From assembly GCA_965218885.1 (NCBI GenBank), contig OZ244713.1, positions 3,128,638-3,192,637 of the forward strand: a stretch of DNA of 64,000 nt. Direction: 5' to 3'. The notes beneath the pieces are model-generated. The model worked only from the letters and a program-made list of their open reading frames with translations, had not been told where the DNA came from and made no database searches. This DNA is from a bacterium (GTDB lineage: Bacteria; UBA8248). Below are positions 18,980 through 28,125 of this stretch, in pieces. The position numbers were made by a program, and so were the translations under genes. Every line of letters starts with the position of its first letter. Within the stretch, counting starts at the first letter, position 1.

Positions 18980-19807
18980 TTACGCATCCGGTATGATCCG
19001 TATGAATACTTCACATTCGTTGTTCATACAAGACGTGAAGAGGATGCCGTCCGCCGGACCATGAGGCTTTCCGGCCAACTCCCATATAGTATAGGCCGTT
19101 TTCTTTAATTTTTCCACCGAGGTTTCCAGATCGGCCTTGTTGATGACGATCCACTTGCGCGCGCCGGCCTCCACCTTGTGAAAAAGACCGGAGGGATGCG
19201 CGCACAATCGCCCGACTGCCTCGGCCGTTATCTCCTCGCCCTCTCCCAGGCAGCATATGCGTGAAAACGCCTCGGGACGAAAAACATGCGCCTCGCTCAG
19301 GGGCGCGCCCACCGCGTCCAGCCCCACGACGCCCAGCACGGCGTCAAGGCCTTCGGGGAGTACGGGTTCATCGGGACCCGGCGCCTTGATGGGCAATCTT
19401 CTCGCGCCGTCCGCCTCGATGAGCGTGAGGGCGCCGCTGAGCTTTACGCGCGCGATTTCTTGAGGCGCGAAGCCGCTCAACTTCATGCGCTGCTCACTCT
19501 CCTGGCCCGGAACCGGGACTTTTCCCTCTCGTCTGCGGGCGAACCAGGAGATTCCGCATTCGTTCATGTAAGACTTGAGGTTTTTGGAGAGCGTCTCTAC
19601 GTCGCCCAGTGCGAGTTGAAGCCCTTCCTCGGGGAGTGGCGCGAAAATATTGGTGGTCGTCGTGAGAATTGCAGGCTTCCCGTTTTGCGCATGGAAGCAT
19701 TTGGCGAGGGCCGTCAGCAGGCTCGTCTTTCCGCCCCCGCCGACCGCCGCGACGCATTGGCCCGGCCCGATGCCGAGAGAGTGAACGATGTCGTCTTCCG
19801 CTACCAA
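18980..19807 (-). CDS. yqeC: YqeC-family selenium-dependent hydroxylase accessory protein
   Basis: About 275 aa with an N-terminal P-loop VAAVGGGGKTSLL, typical of the YqeC family. Sits next to xdhC. Confidence 0.65.
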   Translation of the reverse strand: MVAEDDIVHSLGIGPGQCVAAVGGGGKTSLLTALAKCFHAQNGKPAILTTTTNIFAPLPEEGLQLALGDVETLSKNLKSYMNECGISWFARRREGKVPVPGQESEQRMKLSGFAPQEIARVKLSGALTLIEADGARRLPIKAPGPDEPVLPEGLDAVLGVVGLDAVGAPLSEAHVFRPEAFSRICCLGEGEEITAEAVGRLCAHPSGLFHKVEAGARKWIVINKADLETSVEKLKKTAYTIWELAGKPHGPADGILFTSCMNNECEVFIRIIPDA

Positions 19808-21573
19808 GTGTGGCTCTCCACGCCGCCGAGCAGTTCGCGCCTTAGAATGTTCACGAGTTCGGTGGAAAGCTGGGAGAGGTCCTTCACCACGATGTGGTTG
19901 GGGTAGATTTGCTCGACGAAGGGGTCCACCACGCCGACGCCGATGACGCGGACGCCGAGCTTCTGGAGCCGGTTCACCGTGTTCACGAGGTGGGACGCAT
20001 CCCCGTTGGGCTGGCCGTCCGAGGTGATGATGATGATTTTCTCCTCCTCGGGCCGCTGGATGAGCCTCCGGTAGGCGAAGAGCAGGTGTTCCTCGTCCCA
20101 GTTGTTGAAGCGCGGATAGATGTTGACGAGCCTGTTTTTCACCTGGGCGAAGTGATCCTCAAAACCCTTGTAGATGCGGTGTTGCAGGGGAGAGTGCCGG
20201 ATGTGTCGGAACTTGAACGCGGGTATGTGGCCCAGGGCCGCCGCCATGGCGGCTTCTGAACTCTCGGTGGAATAGCCGATGACCTCGAAGGGCACGTCGA
20301 GACGATCGAGCGCTTCGGCGAAGAATATGGTCGCCTCCCTGGCGGCCATGTATTTCGACTCGCGGTTCATGCTGCCGCTTTCGTCTACGAGCAGCGTGAA
20401 GCACACGTCGAGCTTGTCGGGTTCTTCTTTCCGGTGGAAGAGATGGAATTTCCCCAGCCGCTGTTTCCACAGCTTCGGGAGGTTCAGCTTGCCCGAGCGG
20501 TGCGAGCCGCTGTAGCGGGTGTAGGTTCTCTCCTGGATGATCTGCATGAGTTTCCACACCAGCACCTTGATGTGGCTGCCCGCATTGTCGATGACCGCCG
20601 CGTATTCCTCGGCCTTCCCCTCGGGCGGCAATACGATGGTCCGCTCGTCGGGATGATCTGCGGTGGGGTGAATTTCCTTTTTGTTGCCCTCGAGTTCGAA
20701 CCAGGGAGCGGCCCAGTGCCCGAGCGCGGCGAGTTCCTCTGGACTCAGTTCGACCTCTTCCCCCACGTCCTCCTCGTCGATTTCCTCGGCCGCTTCGGGG
20801 TGCAGCATTTCGAGTGGTTCGTCGTCTTCGCCCTCGAGGTTTTGGCTCTCGATTTTCTGGAGAATTTCTTCGGGAATCTCCGAGAGGTCCTGATCCTCGC
20901 TCATCCGGGCGAGTTGTTCTTCGGTGAAATAGCGCTGGATGGCGTCATAGATTTCATTGGCGCAATCGAAGGCGGTCTTGGGGTCATCGGCGGCGCAGGC
21001 GCGATCTATCAGCGGAATGAGTCTGTGAAAAATCTGAACGACGGCGGAGTCGAACCAGGCCGCCGGCAAATCTCCGGGCCGCGAGGAGGGGACGCCGGGC
21101 GTCTGCCCGATCCCGGCGAGGTAAAGCCCCCATTGGATCTGCAAAAACAAGGGGAGTTGTCCGCTCATCTGGTTGCGCTCGGCCGCTTCGATGGCCGGGA
21201 GAATGAAGGCGCGGAAGTTTTTCTTGGTGCCGGGAAGCGATTCCGCGAGGCGGTTTTCGCACCGCGCGTCCTCGAGCGTGTGCCATATGTGGAACAGGCC
21301 CGGTCTTTCGCGGTTCGCGAGCGCGGCGCGCCCCGCCCAGCGGAACGTCCCCTGTATTTTGTGGGCCACCTCGATGAGCGTCATGCCCTTCTGGTATCTG
21401 AGCACGTGCTCGTCGTTCAGCCCGCCGCCCAGACGAGCCAGGGTTTGTTCGGGGTCTTCGACGTGAATGGCGTCTTCCCCGTTCTTCGCCTTGGGGCCGA
21501 AGCTCAGGGCGAGCTCGTAATCGTGCGCGGTCACCTGCGCGAGCGCTTCGAGACGGGCGCGTCGGCGCTCCAT
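19801..21573 (-). CDS. vWA-domain protein (CoxE/NorD/CobT-like partner of a MoxR ATPase)
   Basis: MIDAS LLVDESGSM with a C-terminal vWA fold. Lies immediately downstream of the AAA MoxR gene. Confidence 0.8.
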   Translation of the reverse strand: MERRRARLEALAQVTAHDYELALSFGPKAKNGEDAIHVEDPEQTLARLGGGLNDEHVLRYQKGMTLIEVAHKIQGTFRWAGRAALANRERPGLFHIWHTLEDARCENRLAESLPGTKKNFRAFILPAIEAAERNQMSGQLPLFLQIQWGLYLAGIGQTPGVPSSRPGDLPAAWFDSAVVQIFHRLIPLIDRACAADDPKTAFDCANEIYDAIQRYFTEEQLARMSEDQDLSEIPEEILQKIESQNLEGEDDEPLEMLHPEAAEEIDEEDVGEEVELSPEELAALGHWAAPWFELEGNKKEIHPTADHPDERTIVLPPEGKAEEYAAVIDNAGSHIKVLVWKLMQIIQERTYTRYSGSHRSGKLNLPKLWKQRLGKFHLFHRKEEPDKLDVCFTLLVDESGSMNRESKYMAAREATIFFAEALDRLDVPFEVIGYSTESSEAAMAAALGHIPAFKFRHIRHSPLQHRIYKGFEDHFAQVKNRLVNIYPRFNNWDEEHLLFAYRRLIQRPEEEKIIIITSDGQPNGDASHLVNTVNRLQKLGVRVIGVGVVDPFVEQIYPNHIVVKDLSQLSTELVNILRRELLGGVESHTW

Positions 21574-21587
21574 GACTCATCTCCCGG

Positions 21588-22472
21588 CTAAAAGTGGTTG
21601 TCTACGATGTCCTCGAGCACTTTGGCGTCGAAAGAGTTGACCTTGCTGAAGATGGTCGAAACGGCGGCTTCCATCGGGTTGAACTGAGCCGCCATGCGCG
21701 CCCAGTCGATGAGACGCCTGGTGCTGAACGTGCAGAATACCTTTTCGTTCTGCATGGCCTCGCGCACGTCGTGGCCCACGCGCACCATGCGCTTAATCAG
21801 CTCCTCGTCGCGGTTCCCGCTTTGCTGCATGATAACCTCGACTTCCGCATCGAAGGGCAGGTAGTTCATCTTCACGGTGACCGGAAAGCGATCCAGCAGC
21901 GCTTCGTTCAGGGGCTTCGTGCCGCCGTATCTGCGGTCCTCGTGCGGGTTCATGCTGGCGAAAAGCCTGAAGTTCGGATGGGGCTTGACGATGCGGCCGT
22001 CGTATTCCGATAAAACGATCATGCGGTCATCATCGAGCAGGCTATGCAGGCAAAAGGCGATTTCGGGCAGACACGCATTGATCTCGTCGATGAGCAGCCA
22101 GTCGCCCGATTGCATGGCGTCGACCAGAATGCCGTTCACCCAATAGGTGCCCTGTTCGTTGATCATCAGCTTGCCCACGAACTCATCGACCGTGGTCATG
22201 CCGTTTAGGTTCACGCGCCGGAAGCCGTTGTTGGTCATGTGGGCGAGATGGCGCACCGAGAGAGTTTTGCCGACGCCTGTCTCCCCCACGAGGAGGACGG
22301 GCAGGTTCTGGCTCACCGCCCACGCGATGCGCTCGAGCGCATCACCCGCCGCCAGGTAGAATTGCGCGGGTGGAACGAAGGAGTTGCCGTTGGTTTCGTT
22401 GATGGGAATTTCACTGCGCCCGATGCTGTAGGCGCCGTTTTCCACCGTTTCGGTCAAGATTTCGGTACTCAA
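21588..22472 (-). CDS. MoxR-like AAA ATPase (CoxD/NorQ/CbbQ family, AAA_5)
   Basis: Walker A LLVGETGVGKT and Walker B LLIDEINAC; 294 aa. Confidence 0.85.
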   Translation of the reverse strand: MSTEILTETVENGAYSIGRSEIPINETNGNSFVPPAQFYLAAGDALERIAWAVSQNLPVLLVGETGVGKTLSVRHLAHMTNNGFRRVNLNGMTTVDEFVGKLMINEQGTYWVNGILVDAMQSGDWLLIDEINACLPEIAFCLHSLLDDDRMIVLSEYDGRIVKPHPNFRLFASMNPHEDRRYGGTKPLNEALLDRFPVTVKMNYLPFDAEVEVIMQQSGNRDEELIKRMVRVGHDVREAMQNEKVFCTFSTRRLIDWARMAAQFNPMEAAVSTIFSKVNSFDAKVLEDIVDNHF

Positions 22473-23323
22473 TTCGCATACTCCATGGCTGAAACGCCGA
22501 ACAGAAACATCATGATGGCCTCGAGCGCCCCGCCGCCGATGGCGCGCGATTTATCGGATATCGTGTGGCAATGAACGGGCTCGGCCCTCGGGTCGACGTC
22601 GCCCACCTTAAAGCCCGCGCTCACCTCGATGCCGTCTCTCAACAGTCCGCGCAAGACACCGTCGATGGCGGAGCGCACCTCCGCGCGATTCACACGGGCG
22701 ACGGCCTCTCCCGCGCTCACCACATCGCCGATCTTGGCGATGGACGTAAATATACCGGCTTGGGGCGCGCGCAGCAGCCGCTCTGTGGTGTAGCCGCCGA
22801 TGGGGCCCGGAACGCCCGTGTTGGGCTTAGCAGCGCCCTCCAGAATTACCCGCCCCAGGTCGTGTCCCCGAGAAGTCTCGATGACGGCGTGGCAATCAAC
22901 GCCCGCGGTGAAGCCCGGCCCCAGGCCGATGACGACCTCCGCATCGTCGATGCGCGTGCCGAGGTTTCGCTTGGCCAGAATCGCATCGACCACGACGGCG
23001 GGCCGAACTTGCGCGACCACCTCGGCGCGCGGGTCCACCATCACCGGAACGATGCCCGCCTCCAGGATGGCGCGCGCGCTCGTCGCTTTTTCCGCAGGCG
23101 TTTCGCCGTCCGCCCGGGCGGAGGTTACACCCTCTACTTTCCACTCATCCGCATACAGGCACTCGGCGAAGGAAACGGTGCGCCTCACCATGGTGGGGTT
23201 CTCGATTTCGGTGATCATGACCGGAAAACCCGCGCGGTGTAAGCGATGCGACACGCCGGTGGCGAGGTCTCCGCCTCCCTTGACGAGCACGAGCGTCTCG
23301 GCAATGGACCTGCGGTTGCTCAT
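22469..23323 (-). CDS. yqeB: YqeB-family selenium-dependent molybdenum hydroxylase system protein
   Basis: About 284 aa, a Rossmann-like N-terminus (VKGGGDLATGV) and a GVPGPIGGYTTERLLRAP region. Assigned by family resemblance from the read sequence. Confidence 0.55.
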   Translation of the reverse strand: MSNRRSIAETLVLVKGGGDLATGVSHRLHRAGFPVMITEIENPTMVRRTVSFAECLYADEWKVEGVTSARADGETPAEKATSARAILEAGIVPVMVDPRAEVVAQVRPAVVVDAILAKRNLGTRIDDAEVVIGLGPGFTAGVDCHAVIETSRGHDLGRVILEGAAKPNTGVPGPIGGYTTERLLRAPQAGIFTSIAKIGDVVSAGEAVARVNRAEVRSAIDGVLRGLLRDGIEVSAGFKVGDVDPRAEPVHCHTISDKSRAIGGGALEAIMMFLFGVSAMEYAN

Positions 23324-23721
23324 GACGCCTCATCTTCCACGAAGGCCACCGCGTCGATCTCGATGAGCCATTCGGATTTCGCCAGTCCGCTCACGATCAG
23401 GAGCGTGCTCGCCGGGTAGGGCTCGCTGAAATAGGCTTGCCGCACCTCCACGCTGCCCGGAAAGCTTGCGTAATCGGTGAGATAGACGGTCAGGCGGATG
23501 ATGTCCTCCATGCCTGCGCCCGCCGCCTCGAGCGCGGCCTTGATGTTCTCGTACACCTGCCGGGTCTGGGCCTTGATGTCGTCGCCCCCGACGGTGTTGC
23601 CGTCCACGTCGGTCGCCACCTGGCCCGCCAGCATGATGAGATGTCCGTTCGACACTTTCCAGCCCGTGGAATACGCGCCGACCGGCTTTACCTTCTCTGA
23701 GTTAATCTGTTGTTTTCCCAT
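23320..23721 (-). CDS. ridA: RidA/YjgF/L-PSP family protein
   Basis: 133 aa starting MGKQQINSEKVKPVGAYS with GAGGAGA RBS. The ORF-track entry is longer because it includes non-coding upstream sequence. Confidence 0.8.
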   Translation of the reverse strand: MGKQQINSEKVKPVGAYSTGWKVSNGHLIMLAGQVATDVDGNTVGGDDIKAQTRQVYENIKAALEAAGAGMEDIIRLTVYLTDYASFPGSVEVRQAYFSEPYPASTLLIVSGLAKSEWLIEIDAVAFVEDEAS

Positions 23722-24023
23722 GGGTTCTCCCTCTCGGATCTCATCAGAAAAGAAACCACATCTTTCCCGGAAACGGAAATCTAGCACGGGGCCGAACCCG
23801 AGGCAACGCAAACGAGCGGATTTATTGCACGGCATAGGGCAAAAAAGAACTTCGAATAGAGGCGTATAAGCGCCTCCGGCAATCGCCCGAAAAGGCGCGA
23901 TATTTCGTGAAATGGGCTTGTTCGTGTGATATGCTTCGCCCGGTATGATGATCGGATCCGCCAAACCGGAATGAGGCATACGGGGAAAGTTCATGCTTCA
24001 CCGGGCAAACGAAGAGAGGACCC

Positions 24024-24629
24024 ATGGGAAAATTGCCAAAGTTCGACATGGACGAGGTTTTGACCAAAGCAATGGACCAGTTCTGGCGTCACGGCTATTC
24101 GGCAACGTCGATTCGCGATCTCGAGAACGCAACAGGCCTATTCCGAGGGAGCTTATACCACGCCTTCGGCGGCAAGCGCGAGATGTTCTTCCGGGCGCTC
24201 CGCCGTTACGACCAACTCTACCGGGAGACCCCGATAAAGGAACTCGAAAAGCATCCCTCGCCGCGACAGGCGGTGTTGTCCGTGTTCGAGGCCGCCTTGG
24301 AGGTGACGAAAAACGGTTCGAGCGACGGCTGCCTCGAAGTGAACGTCGCCCTGGAGCTTGGTGCGCACGATGCGGAAGTGGCTTCGTTCGTGGCCGGCGC
24401 GTTCGCCGGCATGCAGAAGTTTCTTCGCGCTTGCATCGAGCGGGGCCAGGCCTGCGGGGAGATTTCTCCCGAAGTCGTTCCGGACCAAACGGCGAAGTCT
24501 CTGCTCGGTCTGTTCCTCGGGCTCAGGGTGCTGGCGCGCGTTTCTCCCGATGAGAGCTTTCTGCGGTCTATCGTTAGCCAAGCCGAGGCCCTCTTGCCGC
24601 CGCCGACCCCGGTTTCTCAGGTTTCGTAA
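24024..24629 (+). CDS. TetR/AcrR-family transcriptional regulator
   Basis: N-terminal HTH (GYSATSIRDLENATGLFRGSLYHAFGGK); 201 aa. Divergent from ridA. Confidence 0.85.
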   Translation: MGKLPKFDMDEVLTKAMDQFWRHGYSATSIRDLENATGLFRGSLYHAFGGKREMFFRALRRYDQLYRETPIKELEKHPSPRQAVLSVFEAALEVTKNGSSDGCLEVNVALELGAHDAEVASFVAGAFAGMQKFLRACIERGQACGEISPEVVPDQTAKSLLGLFLGLRVLARVSPDESFLRSIVSQAEALLPPPTPVSQVS

Positions 24630-24775
24630 AAAAAGACCGGTCCGCGGGACCGCGCTCCTTCCTTTTCGGTCGGGATTGATTTCCTGGGGACGAGCCCGCC
24701 TGTCCGCCCGCATCGTGTGCCGCCAGGAAGAAAACGTGGGTTCTCTTCTACGAAACCATTGAAATTCCTATCTTA

Positions 24776-25852
24776 TCAGCCTGCCTCTATCTTCCGGGTC
24801 ACAGAGCGCGTGGGGCCGAAGGTGGGCATGTGGCACGAGTGCTTGCCGGCCCCGCCCGTCACGATGAGGAGTAAGTCTTGGGGCCCGTCGAGAAGCGGGA
24901 TCTCGAAATCGTCGTCGCCTTCGTTTTTCGCTATCTCCTCGCCCCAGGTCTGCATCCCCCACATGGCGCCGCGCTTTAACTGGCGCACGGGTTTTCGGGC
25001 GAGCTCGAAAATTCTCTGCTTCACGTCCGCTTTCGTGAGGCCGTCCCCCGCTATGGTCGCCGCGTGCTCGGGGCCGAGGGCGAGAACGGGTTCGCCGCGC
25101 AGATAGAAATTGTTGCTCCCCATGATGGACATGGTATCGGCGGCGGTGGCGAGAATCCCCTCCGCCGTGTGGCTCACGTGATCGTTGATGTTGTGGGGTC
25201 CCTCGCAGCCCACGAGCGTCACCACACTCTCCTCAGGCGCAAACCCGCGCTCTACGTGCAGCGGCTCCCAGGGGGAGGCTTCTTCGTTCTCGGCGATGCA
25301 GAATGCGTATTTCGCAGGCGATCCTTGCGTGGCGCGATCCAGAACGCCGGGGCTCGCGCCGCCTACGTTCAAAAGCGCGAGTCGCATCGCGCGGCCTATC
25401 GTCGCGTTCGCCCGGTTGCCGGGGGCGAAGCATCCATATTCGGCGTTGAGACCGATTTCCTCGACGATGGGGCCGTTCACGATGATGAGAGGCGCCACCG
25501 GGTGGGTCGTCGCCTGAATCGCGTGGAGCGAGAACTCGGGCTCGAGCACCGCCCGGACCGCTGCCACGAGAACGGGCATGTACGCCGGGAGGCACCCGGC
25601 CATCACGGCGTTCACGGCGAGTGCTTCGGCAGTGATGATTCCTTGTCGAGGCGGCATGAGGCCGATTTCCGCATCAGGGGCCAGTCCCGCGCCCTCCACC
25701 ATCCGGGCGACGCGCTCGGGCGTCGGGGGAACGACGGGCAGGCCGTCGCCCCATCCCCGGGCTTCGAGCAGGCGCGCCATCGCCTCGGGCGTGTCGCGAA
25801 CTTTCACGCGCTCGCTTTCAAGTGCAAGATTTTCCTGAGAGTGGTCGTTCAT
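24776..25852 (-). CDS. Conserved hypothetical protein (358 aa) co-transcribed with the UGSC selenoprotein gene
   Basis: ATG at 25852 overlaps the selenoprotein stop by 14 nt. No family recognised. Confidence 0.5.
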   Translation of the reverse strand: MNDHSQENLALESERVKVRDTPEAMARLLEARGWGDGLPVVPPTPERVARMVEGAGLAPDAEIGLMPPRQGIITAEALAVNAVMAGCLPAYMPVLVAAVRAVLEPEFSLHAIQATTHPVAPLIIVNGPIVEEIGLNAEYGCFAPGNRANATIGRAMRLALLNVGGASPGVLDRATQGSPAKYAFCIAENEEASPWEPLHVERGFAPEESVVTLVGCEGPHNINDHVSHTAEGILATAADTMSIMGSNNFYLRGEPVLALGPEHAATIAGDGLTKADVKQRIFELARKPVRQLKRGAMWGMQTWGEEIAKNEGDDDFEIPLLDGPQDLLLIVTGGAGKHSCHMPTFGPTRSVTRKIEAG

Positions 25853-25865
25853 ACCGAAGGCCCGC

Positions 25866-26474
25866 CTATGCGAAGAGCGCCTTGTGGCGCACCGTCTTAC
25901 GGGGCGGGACGTATTCGCGCTCGCGGTATTCTTTTCGGAGCGATTCGGCATCGCTCGTGAGTATGCGCCGCACCTCGTCCATCGCGCCGTCTCCCAGAGA
26001 GCGCGCTTTTTCGGGCGGAATTCCTCCCACCGGATGCGCCACGACGACTATCGGGAGGCCGGGCATCCCCAAAGCCGTTCTCTCGTTCGCGCCCAGGGCC
26101 GAAAATTCACTGGAGCAGAACGTGGCCGTCGGAACGCCTGCCTTTTCCATCTCCACCGAGTCATGGATACTCCATGACGTGCAACTCCCTCAGTCGCCCA
26201 CCGCGCAGACTGCCACGTCGATTTGTTCGAGGAATTCTTCGAGGCGGTCCTCCGGCAGGGTCGGGTTCGGCTTTCCCCAGCGGATGAAGCGCAGTGTCTC
26301 ATCCTCCCGGGAAAGGAGTTCTTCGATTCGCTCGAGCAGGACGTCGGCGTTCGGCTTGTTGTTGTGGAAAAAGCCGATTCGGAGTCCCCCCAGGTCTTCG
26401 GGGCGCTCCGCCAGGGGGTGGTCGCCCGAGCGAACGAAGGAGGTGGGTGTTACGATTTCAATCATCTGGCTCAT
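25866..26474 (-). CDS. UGSC-motif selenoprotein (about 202 aa; in-frame TGA at 26190-26192 decoded as Sec)
   Basis: Two ORF-track ORFs (26190-26474 and 25866-26156) lie in the same frame separated only by TGA. The readthrough gives ...CAVGD-U-GSCTSW... A hairpin GUCAUGGA-GUA-UCCAUGAC (plus strand 26160-26178) starts 11 nt after the UGA. Confidence 0.7.
26160..26178 (-). ncRNA. SECIS-like stem-loop (8-bp stem, GUA loop) downstream of the in-frame UGA
   Basis: Perfect palindrome gtcatgga-tac-tccatgac. Its position and loop G are compatible with a bacterial SECIS. Confidence 0.55.
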
Positions 26475-26503
26475 CTCGAATCTCCGTAATGGGGAACTTG
26501 AAC

Positions 26504-26760
26504 TATAAACTCAATAAATTCTGGGCGATGACCATTCGCTGAATCTGGTTGGTTCCCTCGATGATTTGCAGTTGCTTGGCGTCTCTCATGAACCGCTCGA
26601 GCGGATGGTCCTTCATGTAGCCCGCGCCGCCCAAGACCTGAACGCCGTCCACGGCGGCCTTCATGGCGGCGGCTCAGCTCATACACCGTCTCGCCCAGCA
26701 TCAGCTGGGCTTCGCTAAGTTCGAACGCGCCTTGAGAGCTTGGCTTTCCTGTCACCTCCG
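26504..26760 (-). pseudogene. Acyl-CoA dehydrogenase paralog remnant: N-terminal ~28 codons joined out of frame to C-terminal ~58 codons
   Basis: FELSEAQLMLGETVYELSRRH matches the intact gene's N-terminus (FDLDETQKMLRQTVRELSERY). MKAAVDGVQVLGGAGYMKDHPLERFMRDAKQLQIIEGTNQIQRMVIAQNLLSL* matches its C-terminus. The frame changes at the junction near 26650 and a GGAGGTGA RBS is retained. Confidence 0.75.
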
Positions 26761-26768
26761 GCGCGCTC

Positions 26769-27941
26769 CTAGAGGTCGAGCAAGTTCCGGGCGATGATCA
26801 TCCGCTGTATCTGGCTCGTTCCCTCGACGATCTGGATTTGCTTGGCGTCGCGCATGAATCGTTCGAGCGGGTGGTCCTTCATGTAGCCCGCTCCGCCCAG
26901 GACCTGAATGCTGTCTATCGCGCACTTCATCGCCATGTCGGCCGCATAGGTCTTGGCCGTCGAGAAATACCTGGCGTTCTCCTTGCCGATTTGCCCCGCA
27001 TCCACCATGGCGGCCGCGCGGTAGACGAGCAGCCGCGCCGCCTCGATGTCCATGAACATGTCGGCGAGCATGAACTGCACGGCCTGGTGCTGGGCGATGG
27101 GCTTTCCAAACGCCTCGCGCTCCTTGGCGTAGTTGGCCGCGTAGTCGAGACAGCCCTGGGCCAGACCCACCGCGCGCGAGCCGATGGCGGGCCGCATCTG
27201 GTTGAAGCCGATCATCGCGGTCTTGAAGCCCTGGTTCAACTCACCCACCTGGTACTCGAGCGGGACGGCCACGTTGTCGAGATTCAGCATGCAGGTCGAG
27301 ATGCCCCGCATCCCCATCTTGCGCTCGTGCTTGGCGACGCTGAAGCCCGGCGTGTCGGTGGGCACGATGTAGTAGGTGATTCCGCGCGTTCCCGCGTGGG
27401 GGTCGGTCTTGGCGGCGACGGTGATGAAGTCCGCCTTGTCGGGCCCCGTGCAGAAGCACTTGGTGCCGTTGATGACCCATTCGTCGCCCTCTTTGACGGC
27501 GCGCGTGCGGATGTTGCCGGCGTCTGAGCCCGCGTGAGGTTCGGTGAGGGCGTAGGAGCCTCTCAACTCGCCTTTGGCGAGGCCCGTCATGTAGTGGTTT
27601 TTCTGCTCCTGCGTGCCGCTCAAGTCGATGACGCGGCTCGAGAGCATGTTGAGCACGATGAAAAGAGGGGAGTTCGAGCAGACGCGCGCGATCTCCTCGA
27701 TGGCGATGCAGCCGCCCAGAAAGCCCATTCCGCCGCCCCCGTATTCCTCGGGGAAGAAGATGCCGAGCAGTCCGTATTCTTTTTGCAGTTGGTAGATGTC
27801 TTCTGGGTATTCCTCGTTCTCGTCGATGTCGGCGGCTCGCGGGGCGATGTAGCGCTCCGAGAGTTCGCGGACCGTCTGGCGAAGCATCTTTTGCGTTTCG
27901 TCGAGGTCGAATTGCAGCGTGGATTCCGTTTGCAGGCTCAT
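26769..27941 (-). CDS. Acyl-CoA dehydrogenase
   Basis: 390 aa with the ACAD fold and the C-terminal LGGAGYMKDHPLERFMRDAKQIQIVEGTSQIQRMII motif. Confidence 0.9.
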   Translation of the reverse strand: MSLQTESTLQFDLDETQKMLRQTVRELSERYIAPRAADIDENEEYPEDIYQLQKEYGLLGIFFPEEYGGGGMGFLGGCIAIEEIARVCSNSPLFIVLNMLSSRVIDLSGTQEQKNHYMTGLAKGELRGSYALTEPHAGSDAGNIRTRAVKEGDEWVINGTKCFCTGPDKADFITVAAKTDPHAGTRGITYYIVPTDTPGFSVAKHERKMGMRGISTCMLNLDNVAVPLEYQVGELNQGFKTAMIGFNQMRPAIGSRAVGLAQGCLDYAANYAKEREAFGKPIAQHQAVQFMLADMFMDIEAARLLVYRAAAMVDAGQIGKENARYFSTAKTYAADMAMKCAIDSIQVLGGAGYMKDHPLERFMRDAKQIQIVEGTSQIQRMIIARNLLDL

Positions 27942-28125
27942 TTCATGGCTCCAGCGGTTTGGTTATTTTGAGAAAACGCTTGGTTGTCTGGTTCCATGAT
28001 CCACCCCGCGGCGATTGCATGTCAACGCCCGTGGCGGAATAATGCCCCGATCCCGGTCTTTGGACTTATCCGGCGTTCGTCCATATTTACGGCGTGCGCC
28101 CCGTTTCGTCGAAGGAGTCTTGCGC

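Noticed and set aside
26471-26755. 94-aa minus-strand ORF MTGKPSSQGAFELSEAQLMLGE...
   Set aside because: It is the out-of-frame read-through of the acyl-CoA dehydrogenase remnant, reported here as a pseudogene.
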